A stretch of DNA of 63,384 nt, filler included, from Actinomycetota bacterium (GTDB lineage Bacteria; Actinomycetota; CADDZG01; JAHWKV01; JAOPZY01): assembly GCA_025963875.1 (NCBI GenBank). It is 7 parts of 7 records of this genome, joined end to end, with 100 filler letters (N's around TTAATTAATTAA, not from the genome) between each part and the next. Parts side by side here need not be neighbours in the genome. Positions count along the whole stretch, not along the records: positions 38,747 to 47,854 come from JAOPZY010000029.1; positions 47,955 to 60,277 come from JAOPZY010000032.1; 5 more parts are not named here. One strand, written 5' to 3'. Made by a program: the position numbers and the translations under genes. Under the pieces are notes generated by a model that was not told where the DNA came from, did not search any database, and worked only from the letters and a program-made list of their open reading frames with translations. Shown one piece after another: positions 39,688 to 48,956 of the stretch (position 1 is the first letter of the stretch; every line of letters begins with the position of its first letter).

Positions 39688-39746
39688 GGTGTTCGAGCCC
39701 CGCCAGCGCCTGCGCCGGTTCGGTGAGCGTCTGACCCGCTGAGCTG
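39688..39746 (+). pseudogene. Internally deleted remnant of an SRPBCC gene copy
   Basis: 39688-39706 is identical to 43397-43415. 39708-39746 matches 43696-43734 at 38/39. Confidence 0.8.
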
Positions 39747-40320
39747 GCTCCTGGCGCGTGCGGGTGGCGCACGAGCGATAGCCACTCGAACCCTGTAGCC
39801 AAGCGACCCCATTGACCGTTTAACCCATCCGGACTTCGCGAGAATCAGGTCATTTCAGGGCCCTGAGCGTCAGCGGTGCTGCAGAACCTGCTGCCTTTGC
39901 CGTACGCACTCGTCGCCAAGTGGCCGCATGAGCTTGCGCGGCGCGTCGCTCCCATTTCGTGAACGGACTCTAACGTGACTTTCCTGCTGAATGAGTCCAG
40001 AATTCTGAACCATCAGGTCCCGAGCTGACGACCTGCCCACAGCGAAGGCGAAGGTGAAAACCGAAAGTGCCGGTTTGTTCTGACCACGGGCTCTCCAAAG
40101 CGCCAGGACCGGCAGAGTTCCGGCGGCCTCGTCAAGCGACGTACGCATCCCATATGTGCCTTAGATATTGGCGTCAGCGTCACATTTATTTAACAGGCTC
40201 GCCTTGGGTCTTCCCGTCACATGTCAGAGCTACGTGAGAAGAGGGAATATGGACCACAATTCGATCGATGCAAGTGCGTCGCACTGGGCTCGTCAGAGCG
40301 GACCATCCAATGGCACCTTG

Positions 40321-41799
40321 ATGCGCCCACCCCGTTCAGCGCCTCCACTCACGCGTCACCGCGTGCCCCGGAGGCGGGCGAAGAGCGCGGGGAGGCTTCT
40401 TCTGGCCGTGGCCACCCTTGGGATCGGGATTGGACCGGCGTTCTTCCGGGCAGGCCCGGCAAGAGCGGCCACTACAGGCATCGTTGTCCCCTGGGGGATG
40501 GGGGTCCCTGGCGCGGAGGACGTCCCCGCCGGTCTGAGCGGCGTGACGGCCATCGCCGCCGGCGAGTTCTACAGCCTTGCCCTGAAATCGGACGGTACGG
40601 TCGTGGCTTGGGGCTTTAGTAGCCCCAGCCAGTTGGACGTCCCCGCCGGTCTGAGCGGCGTCACGGCCATCGCCGCCGGGGAGGTCCACAGCCTGGCCCT
40701 GAAATCGGACGGCACGGTCGTCGCCTGGGGCTCCGACCTCTTCGGTGAGTCGGAAGTCCCCGCCGGTCTGAGCGGTGTGACGGCCATCGCCGCCAGGGGG
40801 TACCACAGTCTGGCCCTGAAATCGGACGGTACGGTCGTGGCCTGGGGCTCCGACTACAACGGTGAGTCGAACGTCCCCGCCGGCCTGAGCGGAGTAACAG
40901 CCATCGCCGCCGGCGAGTACCACAGCCTGGCTCTGAAATCGGACGGCACGGTGGTGGCCTGGGGCGAGAACAGCTTCGGCGGCCAGACGGAGGTCCCCGC
41001 CGGTCTGAGCGGGGTGACGGCCATCGCTGGTGGGTGGTTCCACAGCCTGGCCCTGAAATCCGACGGCACGGTCGTGGCCTGGGGCTATAACGGCGCCGGT
41101 GAGACCAACGTCCCGGCCGGCCTGAGCGGCGTGACGGCTGTCGCCGGTGGGGGGGCCGACAGCCTGGCTCTGAAATCGGACGGCACGGTGGTGGTCTGGG
41201 GCGACCACAAGCGCGGCGAGATGAATGTCCCCGCCGGCCTGAGCCGCGTGCGAGCCATCGCCGCCGGGGCGTATCACATCCTGGCGCTCGTGGAGTCGGA
41301 CACTGACCTCGGCCTCGCCGGCATGCCCGCCAACATCACCACCAACGCCACCAGCTCGAGCGGGGCCGTTGTGTCCTACACGCCTCCCACCGTGTTGGAC
41401 GAGGAGCCCGGAGCAACGGTGTTCTGCGACCACCCTTCGGGATCGACCTTCCCAATCGGTACGACGACGGCCACGTGCACCGCCACTGACAGCGATGACA
41501 CGCCGAGCTGGGTAAGCCAGAGCTTCAGCGTCACCGTGGTGGGCGCCGCTGGACAGACCACCGCCCTCATCTCGACCGTCCAGAGCTTCAACCTTCCAGC
41601 GGGCTTCGCCAACAGCCTTACGGTCAAGCTACGGGGCGTGCAGAGTGACCTCGCGACCGGCGCCTCTACGGACGCCTGCGACCAGCTCGGCGCATTCATC
41701 AACGAGGGTCACGCGCAATCCGGCAAGCAGCTGACGATCAGTCAGACAAGCAAGCTGGTGGCAGCTGCTACGCAAATACAAGGGGTGATGGGCTGCTGA
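40321..41799 (+). CDS. Secreted RCC1-repeat beta-propeller protein with HYR domain and helical C-terminus
   Basis: Signal peptide, 7 repeats of VPAGLSGVTAIAAG..HSLALKSDGTVVAWG, HYR motif SGSTFPIGTTT.TCTATD. Confidence 0.9.
   Translation: MRPPRSAPPLTRHRVPRRRAKSAGRLLLAVATLGIGIGPAFFRAGPARAATTGIVVPWGMGVPGAEDVPAGLSGVTAIAAGEFYSLALKSDGTVVAWGFSSPSQLDVPAGLSGVTAIAAGEVHSLALKSDGTVVAWGSDLFGESEVPAGLSGVTAIAARGYHSLALKSDGTVVAWGSDYNGESNVPAGLSGVTAIAAGEYHSLALKSDGTVVAWGENSFGGQTEVPAGLSGVTAIAGGWFHSLALKSDGTVVAWGYNGAGETNVPAGLSGVTAVAGGGADSLALKSDGTVVVWGDHKRGEMNVPAGLSRVRAIAAGAYHILALVESDTDLGLAGMPANITTNATSSSGAVVSYTPPTVLDEEPGATVFCDHPSGSTFPIGTTTATCTATDSDDTPSWVSQSFSVTVVGAAGQTTALISTVQSFNLPAGFANSLTVKLRGVQSDLATGASTDACDQLGAFINEGHAQSGKQLTISQTSKLVAAATQIQGVMGC
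40522..41290 (+). repeat. Seven ~117-bp coding repeats (RCC1)
   Basis: Units start at 40522, 40639, 40756, 40873, 40993, 41110 and 41227. Confidence 0.92.
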
Positions 41800-41893
41800 C
41801 AATCATGCAGGAGCCGAGGCGAGTTTCTCAGCACCAGCCTTTCTTGGATACCTGCGCGTCGCCGCCTCTCGCTGTCGGCTCCTGCCTCGCGGC

Positions 41894-42841
41894 TTAGCCG
41901 CGGCGAGCACGAGCGCGTCGCTTGCCCTCGTGCATCGCCTGCACCCGGGCCACCGGGATCGCGTGGCCTTCCTCGATCAGGTCGGAGCTCAACCGCTGGG
42001 ACTTGGGCATGCGGTCGGCCCAGGGATCACCGTCCGCGATCAGCGACACCGCAGTGTGCAGGGTGAAGTCCCCCGGCGTCACGCGATCGAGGTCATCCCA
42101 GGCCACCGGGAACGACACGGGCACCCTCGGGCGAACCCGCGGGCTGTACGCCGACACGACCGTCGCTCCGCCGGCCCGGGTCGAATCGATGAAGACTTTG
42201 CCTCCTCGGTCTTCCCGCATGAACGCGGTGGTCGCGAGTGCGGGGTCGAGGCGCTCGGCACGCGCCGCGATCGCGCGGGTCACCGCGGCAGCGTCGGGTG
42301 TCGCCAGCCCTTCGACCGGAACGAAGACGTGCACCCCCTTCGCTCCGCTGGTCTTGACCGCACCCACAAGGCCCACGTCCGTCAAGGCCTGGCGAACCAG
42401 CTGCGCGGCCTGGGCGGCCAGCGGGAACGCCTCTGCGGACGGCGGGTCGATGTCGAGCACGAGATGGGTGGGGCGGTCCCAGCGGTCGGCGCGCATCAAC
42501 GTCGGGTGGTATTCGACCGCACGCTGGTTGGCGAACCACAGCAACGTGCGACGATCGTTGCAGAGCGCGTAGGACACGTCACGCTGCGAGGCCTCGGCCC
42601 ACAGCGACACCGTCTGCACCCACGGTGGGGTGTACCTGGGAACGTTCTTCTGCATGAACGGCGCCTGACCGCGGACCACGCGGATCACCGACAGCGGGCG
42701 GCCTTCCAGCGCCGGGATGATCCGGTCGCGGACCGCGTCGAGGTAGTCCACCAGATCCCGCTTGGTTGCCTCGGCCCCGTCGAACAGCGGTTGGTCGAGG
42801 TTGGTCAGGGACACCCCGTTCCGCACCTCATCGCCGCTCAC
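41894..42841 (-). CDS. Stand-alone LigD-type primase-polymerase
   Basis: LTNLD, TKRDLVDY, FMQKN, LDIDP, KTSGAKGVH, AYSPR, PVS.PV.W. Confidence 0.92.
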   Translation of the reverse strand: MSGDEVRNGVSLTNLDQPLFDGAEATKRDLVDYLDAVRDRIIPALEGRPLSVIRVVRGQAPFMQKNVPRYTPPWVQTVSLWAEASQRDVSYALCNDRRTLLWFANQRAVEYHPTLMRADRWDRPTHLVLDIDPPSAEAFPLAAQAAQLVRQALTDVGLVGAVKTSGAKGVHVFVPVEGLATPDAAAVTRAIAARAERLDPALATTAFMREDRGGKVFIDSTRAGGATVVSAYSPRVRPRVPVSFPVAWDDLDRVTPGDFTLHTAVSLIADGDPWADRMPKSQRLSSDLIEEGHAIPVARVQAMHEGKRRARARRG

Positions 42842-42933
42842 CGGATAACCATCCCAAGCTCGGGGTGCGAGGTCAATTCCGCGGCAAGTCAGGGCTTGAC
42901 AATCGAGTGCCGGTAAGTGTCTACTAACGGTTA

Positions 42934-43254
42934 GTGAAGACTTACGTAAGCAACGGGATGAGCGCCCTGGGCGACGCCACTCGCCGGGCGATCTTCGAGC
43001 TATTGGCCGAAGGCCCGAGCCCGGTGGGTGAGCTCGCCCGAGAGCTGCCGGTCACGCGTCCCGCGGTCTCCCAACACCTCAAGGTGCTCAAGGAGGCGGG
43101 CCTGGTGATCGACCACCAGGAGGGGACGCGGCGGCTCTACCAGCTCAATCCCGAGGGCGTGGGCGCCCTGCGCGCCTACTTCGACCAGTTCTGGAATCGG
43201 GCTCTTCGTGCGTTCAAGCAAGCCGTGGAACAGGGACAGGAGGAGGAGCAATGA
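42934..43254 (+). CDS. ArsR/SmtB-family regulator
   Basis: ALGDATRRAI..LL, VGELA, AVSQHLKVL.EAGLV. TTGACA at 42896 and palindrome CTTACGTAAG at 42941-42950. Confidence 0.93.
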   Translation: MKTYVSNGMSALGDATRRAIFELLAEGPSPVGELARELPVTRPAVSQHLKVLKEAGLVIDHQEGTRRLYQLNPEGVGALRAYFDQFWNRALRAFKQAVEQGQEEEQ

Positions 43255-43730
43255 CAACGCAGACCGCGAAAACATCCGTCCAGGCCTCGATCGTCGTCGA
43301 GGCGCCCATCGAGCGAGCGTTCTCTGTCTTCACCCAAGACATCGGAAGCTGGTGGCCGCCCGAGCACCACATTCTCCAGGCAGAACTTGCGGAGATGGTG
43401 TTCGAGCCCCGCCAGGGTGGCCACGTCTACGACCGCGGCATCGACGGGAGCGAGAGTCACTGGGCGCGCGTGCTGGCGTACGAGCCGCCCACCCGCGTTG
43501 TGATCAGTTGGGACGTCAGTCCCCAGTGGCAGATCGAGGCAGATCCCGCCAAGACCAGCGAGGTCGAAGTGCGCTTCGTGTCCGAGAGCCCCACCCGGAC
43601 CCGCGTCGAGCTTGAGCACCGCAACCTGGAGCGTCACGCGGAGGGCTGGGAGCAGATGCGCGACGCCGTCGGGGCCCCTGATGGGTGGGGACTGGGCCTG
43701 CGCCGGTTCGCTGAGCGTCTGACCCGCTGA
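43251..43730 (+). CDS. SRPBCC/AHSA1-like ligand-binding protein
   Basis: AF.VFT..IGSWWP, YEPP.RVVISW, SEVEVRF, TRVELEHR. ATGA-coupled to arsR. Confidence 0.92.
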   Translation: MTTQTAKTSVQASIVVEAPIERAFSVFTQDIGSWWPPEHHILQAELAEMVFEPRQGGHVYDRGIDGSESHWARVLAYEPPTRVVISWDVSPQWQIEADPAKTSEVEVRFVSESPTRTRVELEHRNLERHAEGWEQMRDAVGAPDGWGLGLRRFAERLTR

Positions 43731-43806
43731 GCTGAAGCCCGGGCGGGCAGACGAGGCGCGTCGACCTACACTTTTCTCGGAGCCACAACCGGGGAGGTGA
43801 TGTGCG

Positions 43807-44148
43807 ATGAGTGTAGAGGACGTGATGGCGCAGGCAAGGGATTCCTTGACCGTCAAACGGGTCTTCGGCGATCCCTACGAGAAGGACGGAGTCGTGCTCG
43901 TGCCCGCGGCAGCGGTGCGAGGTGGCGCAGGAGGGGGCACCGACCCCGAGGGCAAGGGAGGGGGAAGCGGCTTCGGCCTCGCGGCTCGCCCGGTCGGTGC
44001 CTTTCTGATCCGGCAGGGGGAGGTCCGCTGGCAACCGGCCATCGACGTGAACCGTGCGATCCTGGGCGGGCAGGTCGTTGCCATCGTCGCCTTGCTGGTC
44101 ATCCGCACGATCGTCAAAGCAAGGAGCAAGACCAAGCGGGCGACATAA
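43807..44148 (+). CDS. YtfJ/GerW family protein
   Basis: VFGDPYEKDGVVLVP...GGGSGFG..ARPVGAFLI, C-terminal TM. Confidence 0.82.
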   Translation: MSVEDVMAQARDSLTVKRVFGDPYEKDGVVLVPAAAVRGGAGGGTDPEGKGGGSGFGLAARPVGAFLIRQGEVRWQPAIDVNRAILGGQVVAIVALLVIRTIVKARSKTKRAT

Positions 44149-44268
44149 CAGGCCGTCGCAAAATGGCGGGTCGAATCCCAGAGTGGATGCCATTCAACAC
44201 TCTGAGTGGGGCCACGTTCCGTGAGCAGTGCCGATAAATTCACCTCGGGCTCGCTTTGTGCGGCCATG

Positions 44269-45768
44269 TCAGATCTGGGCCAGACCGCGCAGCGACAGGT
44301 ACGCGCCCACGCTGACGATCACTAAGGCCGTTCCCACGGGTACGAGCCGCCCTGCCATCCCAGCCAGGCGGGACGACCGGAGCCCGACCAACCGCCGGTC
44401 GAGGGCGTCGCGGGCGTGCAGGACGAGCAGGCCGGCGCCCGTCAGCGTCGCGGCCATCCCCGCCCCGTAGGCGACCACGAGGACCGCCCCGAACCACGCC
44501 CGCCCGAGGGCGATGGCGCCGAGCAGGACGACGACCGCGGAGGGGCTCGGGAGGAAGCCGCCGACGAAGCCCATCGCCAGGAGGCTCCCCCACGTCACCG
44601 GCTGCCCGTCGCCGAGCGGCCCGTGGCGGTGGGGACGCCCACCGTGGGTGTGCATCTCTTCGGCATGAGAGTGAGGGTGCCCGGCGGCGTGGGCCCCAGC
44701 CCGCCGCCGGCGCAGCCGGATGGAGCGGGCCAGGACCCCGAGCCCGATGGCGGCCAGCATCACGCCGCTGGCCAGCGCGAGCCACGGGTAGAGCCGCTCG
44801 GGGGCGACGACCAGCGATGCCGAGATCGCAAGGCCCAGCGCCAGCACCCCGGCCGTGTGCGTGAGCGTCACGGTCAGGGCGATCACGGCAGCCTGGCGGA
44901 GCGAGCCCCGCTGGCCGACGAGATAGGCGGCCATGACGGTCTTGCCGTGACCCGGAGCCAGCGCATGGACAGCGCCCAGCAGCAGGGAGAGCGCCAGGGC
45001 CACCAGCGCGAACGTCGCGGAGAAGCGGTGGCGGCCTACGAACGAGGTGAACGCCTGCGTGGCCTGATCCACTCCTCTTGGCAGCGGGCTCGATGGCGCG
45101 ACAGCGGGCGCCGAGCCCCCCGCAAGCGGCGGCCCACCCGGTTGCGCGGTGAATGACGCCTGACGCTGGTCGAGGGGGGACGTGAGCAGGTTGGCGGGGT
45201 AGCTCGTGAGGCGCGCGCTCACGGAGATCGCCGGTGCGTCGCTGCCCACCAGCCGCATGCGGTCCCCGGCTGCGGTGATCTCCCGCCAGCCCACCCGGTC
45301 GGTGAAGTTGTCGCTGCGGTAGGTGACGCGGGCTGGCCCCTCCGCGGGGCCGGAGACGAGGGAGCAGGTCAGCCGCAACGTGGACAGGCCCGCCTGACCT
45401 GGCGGGAACGACAGGGACGTCGAGACGACGTGCAGGGCGAGGGGCTGGGCGCCGGCCTGAAGGGAGATGGGCCCGGCTATCTGGTCGCACTCGCGCGACC
45501 GGAACTGGCCGGCGGGGATCCCGTCGGCGGGGCCGTCCCCGATGCCGGCGTCCTGCCTGGTCTGGTAGGCGGGGATCTCCGCCATGTCCACCACGAAGTC
45601 CACCGAGATGCCGTCCGGCCTCACGACGAGGCCGCTGTACGTGTTCACCGTGAAGTTGCCGAGGGGATGCGCGTCCCCGACCCCCGCCGATCCGGCGACG
45701 AGGCCGGCCGCCACGGCCACAAGCACCGCCAGGCGGGCGAGCCGCCGGCGGCCTGCCGGCGCCTTCAT
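44269..45768 (-). CDS. NicO/RcnA-like Ni/Co transporter with N-terminal extracytoplasmic domain
   Basis: Signal + HPLGNFTVN, HALAPGHGK, His-rich loop, PSPSA. Confidence 0.88.
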   Translation of the reverse strand: MKAPAGRRRLARLAVLVAVAAGLVAGSAGVGDAHPLGNFTVNTYSGLVVRPDGISVDFVVDMAEIPAYQTRQDAGIGDGPADGIPAGQFRSRECDQIAGPISLQAGAQPLALHVVSTSLSFPPGQAGLSTLRLTCSLVSGPAEGPARVTYRSDNFTDRVGWREITAAGDRMRLVGSDAPAISVSARLTSYPANLLTSPLDQRQASFTAQPGGPPLAGGSAPAVAPSSPLPRGVDQATQAFTSFVGRHRFSATFALVALALSLLLGAVHALAPGHGKTVMAAYLVGQRGSLRQAAVIALTVTLTHTAGVLALGLAISASLVVAPERLYPWLALASGVMLAAIGLGVLARSIRLRRRRAGAHAAGHPHSHAEEMHTHGGRPHRHGPLGDGQPVTWGSLLAMGFVGGFLPSPSAVVVLLGAIALGRAWFGAVLVVAYGAGMAATLTGAGLLVLHARDALDRRLVGLRSSRLAGMAGRLVPVGTALVIVSVGAYLSLRGLAQI

Positions 45769-46148
45769 GGCTTTGCTCCGGCGGGCGCAGTCGGTGCGGG
45801 ATGAGCAACGGGCTTGGCGTAGCGCACGACGTGGGCCGGGTCCGCTCCGAGGCGCAGGTAGACGCCCAGCCACGCCCGGTCCACCTCGCCGGGCGGCCTG
45901 CCGTCGCAATAGGGCTTGTCCCCGTTCGCCACGTAGTAGTGGAGCATGGTGAGCACCCGCAGCGTGTTCGCCCGGGGGCCGCCCTCGTAGGCGGAATCGG
46001 GCTGGCTGCGCTGGTGGACCAGGCAGGCAACGGCGTCGTCGCCGAACTGGTTGTCGAAGCGCGCGGCGTCGTTCGGGGCAGCATGCGCGCAGCCGGAGAG
46101 CACCACAGTTGCCAGCAGCGCGGCGGCGGCCAGCCTCCGGGCGATCAC
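45765..46148 (-). CDS. Small putative lipoprotein
   Basis: Lipobox VLSGC. Start and stop each overlap a neighbouring gene by 4 nt. Confidence 0.72.
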   Translation of the reverse strand: MIARRLAAAALLATVVLSGCAHAAPNDAARFDNQFGDDAVACLVHQRSQPDSAYEGGPRANTLRVLTMLHYYVANGDKPYCDGRPPGEVDRAWLGVYLRLGADPAHVVRYAKPVAHPAPTAPAGAKP

Positions 46149-47488
46149 GCTGCACCGCCCAGCTCGGCCAGGGCCGTCCTGGCGACCGGAGCTTGCAGGA
46201 CCGAGAAATGGGGGTTGACCTGAAGGGCACCGGAGAGGTCCCGGCGTGCCTCGTCGCGCTGTCCCAGCGAGCGTTCGATCATGCCCCGATGGAAGAGGAA
46301 GAGCGCACTCCTCTCTCCCAACGCGGTCGCCTGCCGAGCGTAGCCCAATGCTTCGGTGTCCTGACCGTTGACGTGCAATGCCCAGGCCAGGGCGTCGGCG
46401 ACCAGCACGCTGTGGCGGCGTCCCCACTCGGCCCGCGCGTCGCGCAGCGCCCCGGCGGGATCGCCGTGGTCCGCGGAGAACTGCGCGGCCGTGAGGTCGT
46501 CGATGACGCCGTTGGCGTCGAACAGGCGCCGTTCGGTTGCAAGGAGGCGGTACTGCTCCTGCGCCGCGTCCTGGTGTCCCAGCGATGCTTCGAGGTCGCC
46601 CAGCTCGAGGACGTACTGGGGCTGGGGCACCCGGTTCACCACCGTGGTGTAGTCACGGATCGCTCCCGCGGTGTCGCCCCGGGCCGCCTCCACCTTCGCC
46701 CTGCCTTCGAGGGGTGGGGCGTAGCCGGGATCGGCTGCGATCCCGGCGTCGTACTGCCTGGCCGCCTCCGCCAGGTCGCCGGAGTTGAAGGCCAGCTCGC
46801 CCAGGTAGTAGCGGCAGAAGGCCGTATCGGCGGGGGTGAAGGCGCTGTCCAGGGCATCCTGGAGGGCCCCGACCGCACCGGTGGGGTCCCCGTGGATCTC
46901 GAGGTCGTAGGAGGCACGGGCGAACGAGTCGATGCCCGGCTTGAGGTCCAGCATCCGCTGCACGGCGGCCGACGCGGCCGGGTAGTCCCCGAGCTGCGTC
47001 TCGGCGTCGGCGAGGACGCCGTTGGCGGTCGCGCTGTAGGGGTCGGCGGCGAGCGCGCGCTGGGCGTCGGCGGCGGCGTCGCCGAACTCGTGACGGGCAT
47101 TCGCCAGCGCCCCCCTGCCGATGTCCGCAGCGAAGTTCCCATCCGGGTGCAGCTCGACCGACCGGCGCAGGGCTCCCTCGGCCTTCGGATAGTACGAAGG
47201 ATCAACTGTCACCCGACCCTGCTCGACGTAGGCGGAGCCCAAGCTTGCCCACGTCTGCCAGTCCTTGTCGTTGCCCTGGAGCCGGAGCTGGGCCGCGCCG
47301 ATGGCGGCGGACAGCGCGTCGCCGGACACGGCGAGTCCGGGCTGGGGGCCGGCGCCGGTGCCAGGATGGCGAGACATCCGAGCCGGCTGCGCGGAGACAC
47401 CAGCCCCGTGGCCGAAGCCGATTCCGGCCCCGATCAGAAGGGCGAGGGCGAGCCCGGCGGCGAGCAGCCCGAAGCGAAGACGTTTCAT
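46145..47488 (-). CDS. Secreted/membrane-anchored tetratricopeptide repeat protein
   Basis: N-terminal hydrophobic segment, multiple TPR-like helical repeats, ADALAWALH, NPHFS. Confidence 0.88.
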   Translation of the reverse strand: MKRLRFGLLAAGLALALLIGAGIGFGHGAGVSAQPARMSRHPGTGAGPQPGLAVSGDALSAAIGAAQLRLQGNDKDWQTWASLGSAYVEQGRVTVDPSYYPKAEGALRRSVELHPDGNFAADIGRGALANARHEFGDAAADAQRALAADPYSATANGVLADAETQLGDYPAASAAVQRMLDLKPGIDSFARASYDLEIHGDPTGAVGALQDALDSAFTPADTAFCRYYLGELAFNSGDLAEAARQYDAGIAADPGYAPPLEGRAKVEAARGDTAGAIRDYTTVVNRVPQPQYVLELGDLEASLGHQDAAQEQYRLLATERRLFDANGVIDDLTAAQFSADHGDPAGALRDARAEWGRRHSVLVADALAWALHVNGQDTEALGYARQATALGERSALFLFHRGMIERSLGQRDEARRDLSGALQVNPHFSVLQAPVARTALAELGGAA

Positions 47489-47520
47489 GTCACCTTCCTC
47501 CTCTCACGACTGGTGCGACC

Positions 47521-47555
47521 CGCACCGGGGGCTCTCCTGAAGGACCCCCGGTGCG
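47521..47555 (-). terminator. GC-rich hairpin between DUF4331-like and TPR genes
   Basis: CGCACCGGGGG / CCCCCGGTGCG 11-bp stem. No U-tract. Confidence 0.55.
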
Positions 47556-47570
47556 GACTCGCCTACTGCT

Positions 47571-47854
47571 TCACAGGCCGAGCAGGTTCAGAAGGCCACC
47601 CAGCAAGCCCTGGGAGCTGTGACCGGCCGTTGGAGAGCTCGGAGTTGGACTCGGGGTTGTCGGAGGCGCGGTCGGAGCGGGGGAAGGCGAAAGCAGATGC
47701 TCCACCCGCCCGAGAGCTGCACCCAGTCCACCGAGCATCGGACCGAGCGGCGGTGATTGATTGCCGGATCCCTGAGCGGCTTGGGCTCCCGCCTCGTTGA
47801 CCGACCCGGTGTTCGGGAGAGCCACGTACGGGAAGGAGGCCGCGATCGGGTTTG
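47571..47854 (-). CDS. C-terminal fragment, probably a DUF4331-family protein
   Basis: ASFPYVALPN resembles the DUF4331 C-terminus. Context upstream of TPR + NicO fits. Confidence 0.55.
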
Positions 47855-47954
47855 NNNNNNNNNNNNNNNNNNNNNNNNNNNNNNNNNNNNNNNNNNNNTT
47901 AATTAATTAANNNNNNNNNNNNNNNNNNNNNNNNNNNNNNNNNNNNNNNNNNNN

Positions 47955-48956
47955 GGGAGTGCGACAGCCACACCGGCCGAGCCGAGGTTCGACGCCGGCC
48001 CGCCCTCGCCGCCACCGGCACACCCGCCGGGCCAGCGTCGCTTCAACTTCCTGATCGTCGGCCTGACGATCCTTCTGGCGGCGGGGCTGGTCGGGGGCTT
48101 GCTCCTCTACAACCGGCATGGCCCTAAACCGGCAGCTGCGAACCAAACAAAGGCCGCGGTTCAACAGGCCTTTCTTGCGTATTATTCGGCGCTTGAAGAA
48201 GCTTACAAGCAGCTAGACGTGGGACCTCTGCTTGGCTTCGTGACTTCCGCTGGCCTCAAGCAGGAGCAGGGACACATGGCTGCCGCCGTTGCGTCTGGAG
48301 CTCGGTACCGGTTTACGGCCGATCATGACCTGCAGGTGGCAGTCTATTCCGGGGACTTAGCATCGGTCGATGACATCCTTATCCGACACACAACGGCGCT
48401 GGATCCAACGTCGCTCGCACCTATTGGGGCCGCGAGTACCGACACACTCCATGCAAGTTACGGATTCAAGAAGGAGAGCGGTCGCTGGCTTTTGGATTCT
48501 GTGTCTGCATTTGGTCAGTCAACTCCTGGCGCGGATTTGCCCGTGTCCTATGCCGCAGCCTCTCGGGCCACGCCGATATCAACTGCTCTCCGGTCTCAGA
48601 TCGAGGAAGCTTATCTCCGTTATTGGACGGTAAGTGCGAATGCCTTCAAGAGCATGGACTCGAGCCCACTGGCCAGCGTGGAGGCGGATCCAGAGCTTAG
48701 CAAGGAGCGGTCAGCGCTGGAAACGTGGCGGTTACAAAAGCGGAGTTACCGGATAGACGTGCAGCACAATTATCGGATCGCCAGGCGTGATGATGAAACT
48801 GTCTTCGTTTATGACACATTACATGATTCCAGCTACCTCTTGGATGTTTCGACGGGCAAGCCCGTTCCAGGGACCCCTTCGTCTCTTCTGCGGCAGAGCT
48901 TTGAGTTAAAAATGTCCAATGGGCAATGGAAAGTCGACCTGGTGTCACTGGTATGA
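47955..48956 (+). CDS. Membrane-anchored protein with two tandem NTF2-like domains (5' truncated)
   Basis: Frame open from the contig start: Pro-rich linker, TM, then two repeats (A.L.Y...A...D..PL ... F....G.W..D). Lower GC. Confidence 0.75.
   Translation, partial: GSATATPAEPRFDAGPPSPPPAHPPGQRRFNFLIVGLTILLAAGLVGGLLLYNRHGPKPAAANQTKAAVQQAFLAYYSALEEAYKQLDVGPLLGFVTSAGLKQEQGHMAAAVASGARYRFTADHDLQVAVYSGDLASVDDILIRHTTALDPTSLAPIGAASTDTLHASYGFKKESGRWLLDSVSAFGQSTPGADLPVSYAAASRATPISTALRSQIEEAYLRYWTVSANAFKSMDSSPLASVEADPELSKERSALETWRLQKRSYRIDVQHNYRIARRDDETVFVYDTLHDSSYLLDVSTGKPVPGTPSSLLRQSFELKMSNGQWKVDLVSLV

Noticed and set aside
39246..40320. Short ORFs in the gene-poor stretch
   Set aside because: No recognisable motifs or consistent codon bias. 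Probably decayed or non-coding sequence.
40522..41290. Regular repeat/variable pattern resembling a CRISPR array or DGR
   Set aside because: Units are 117/120 bp, in frame, and encode RCC1 repeats. No cas or reverse transcriptase gene is in the window.
41894..42841. Second LigD-type polymerase as a novel system
   Set aside because: Multiple LigD/PrimPol paralogs are common in actinobacteria.
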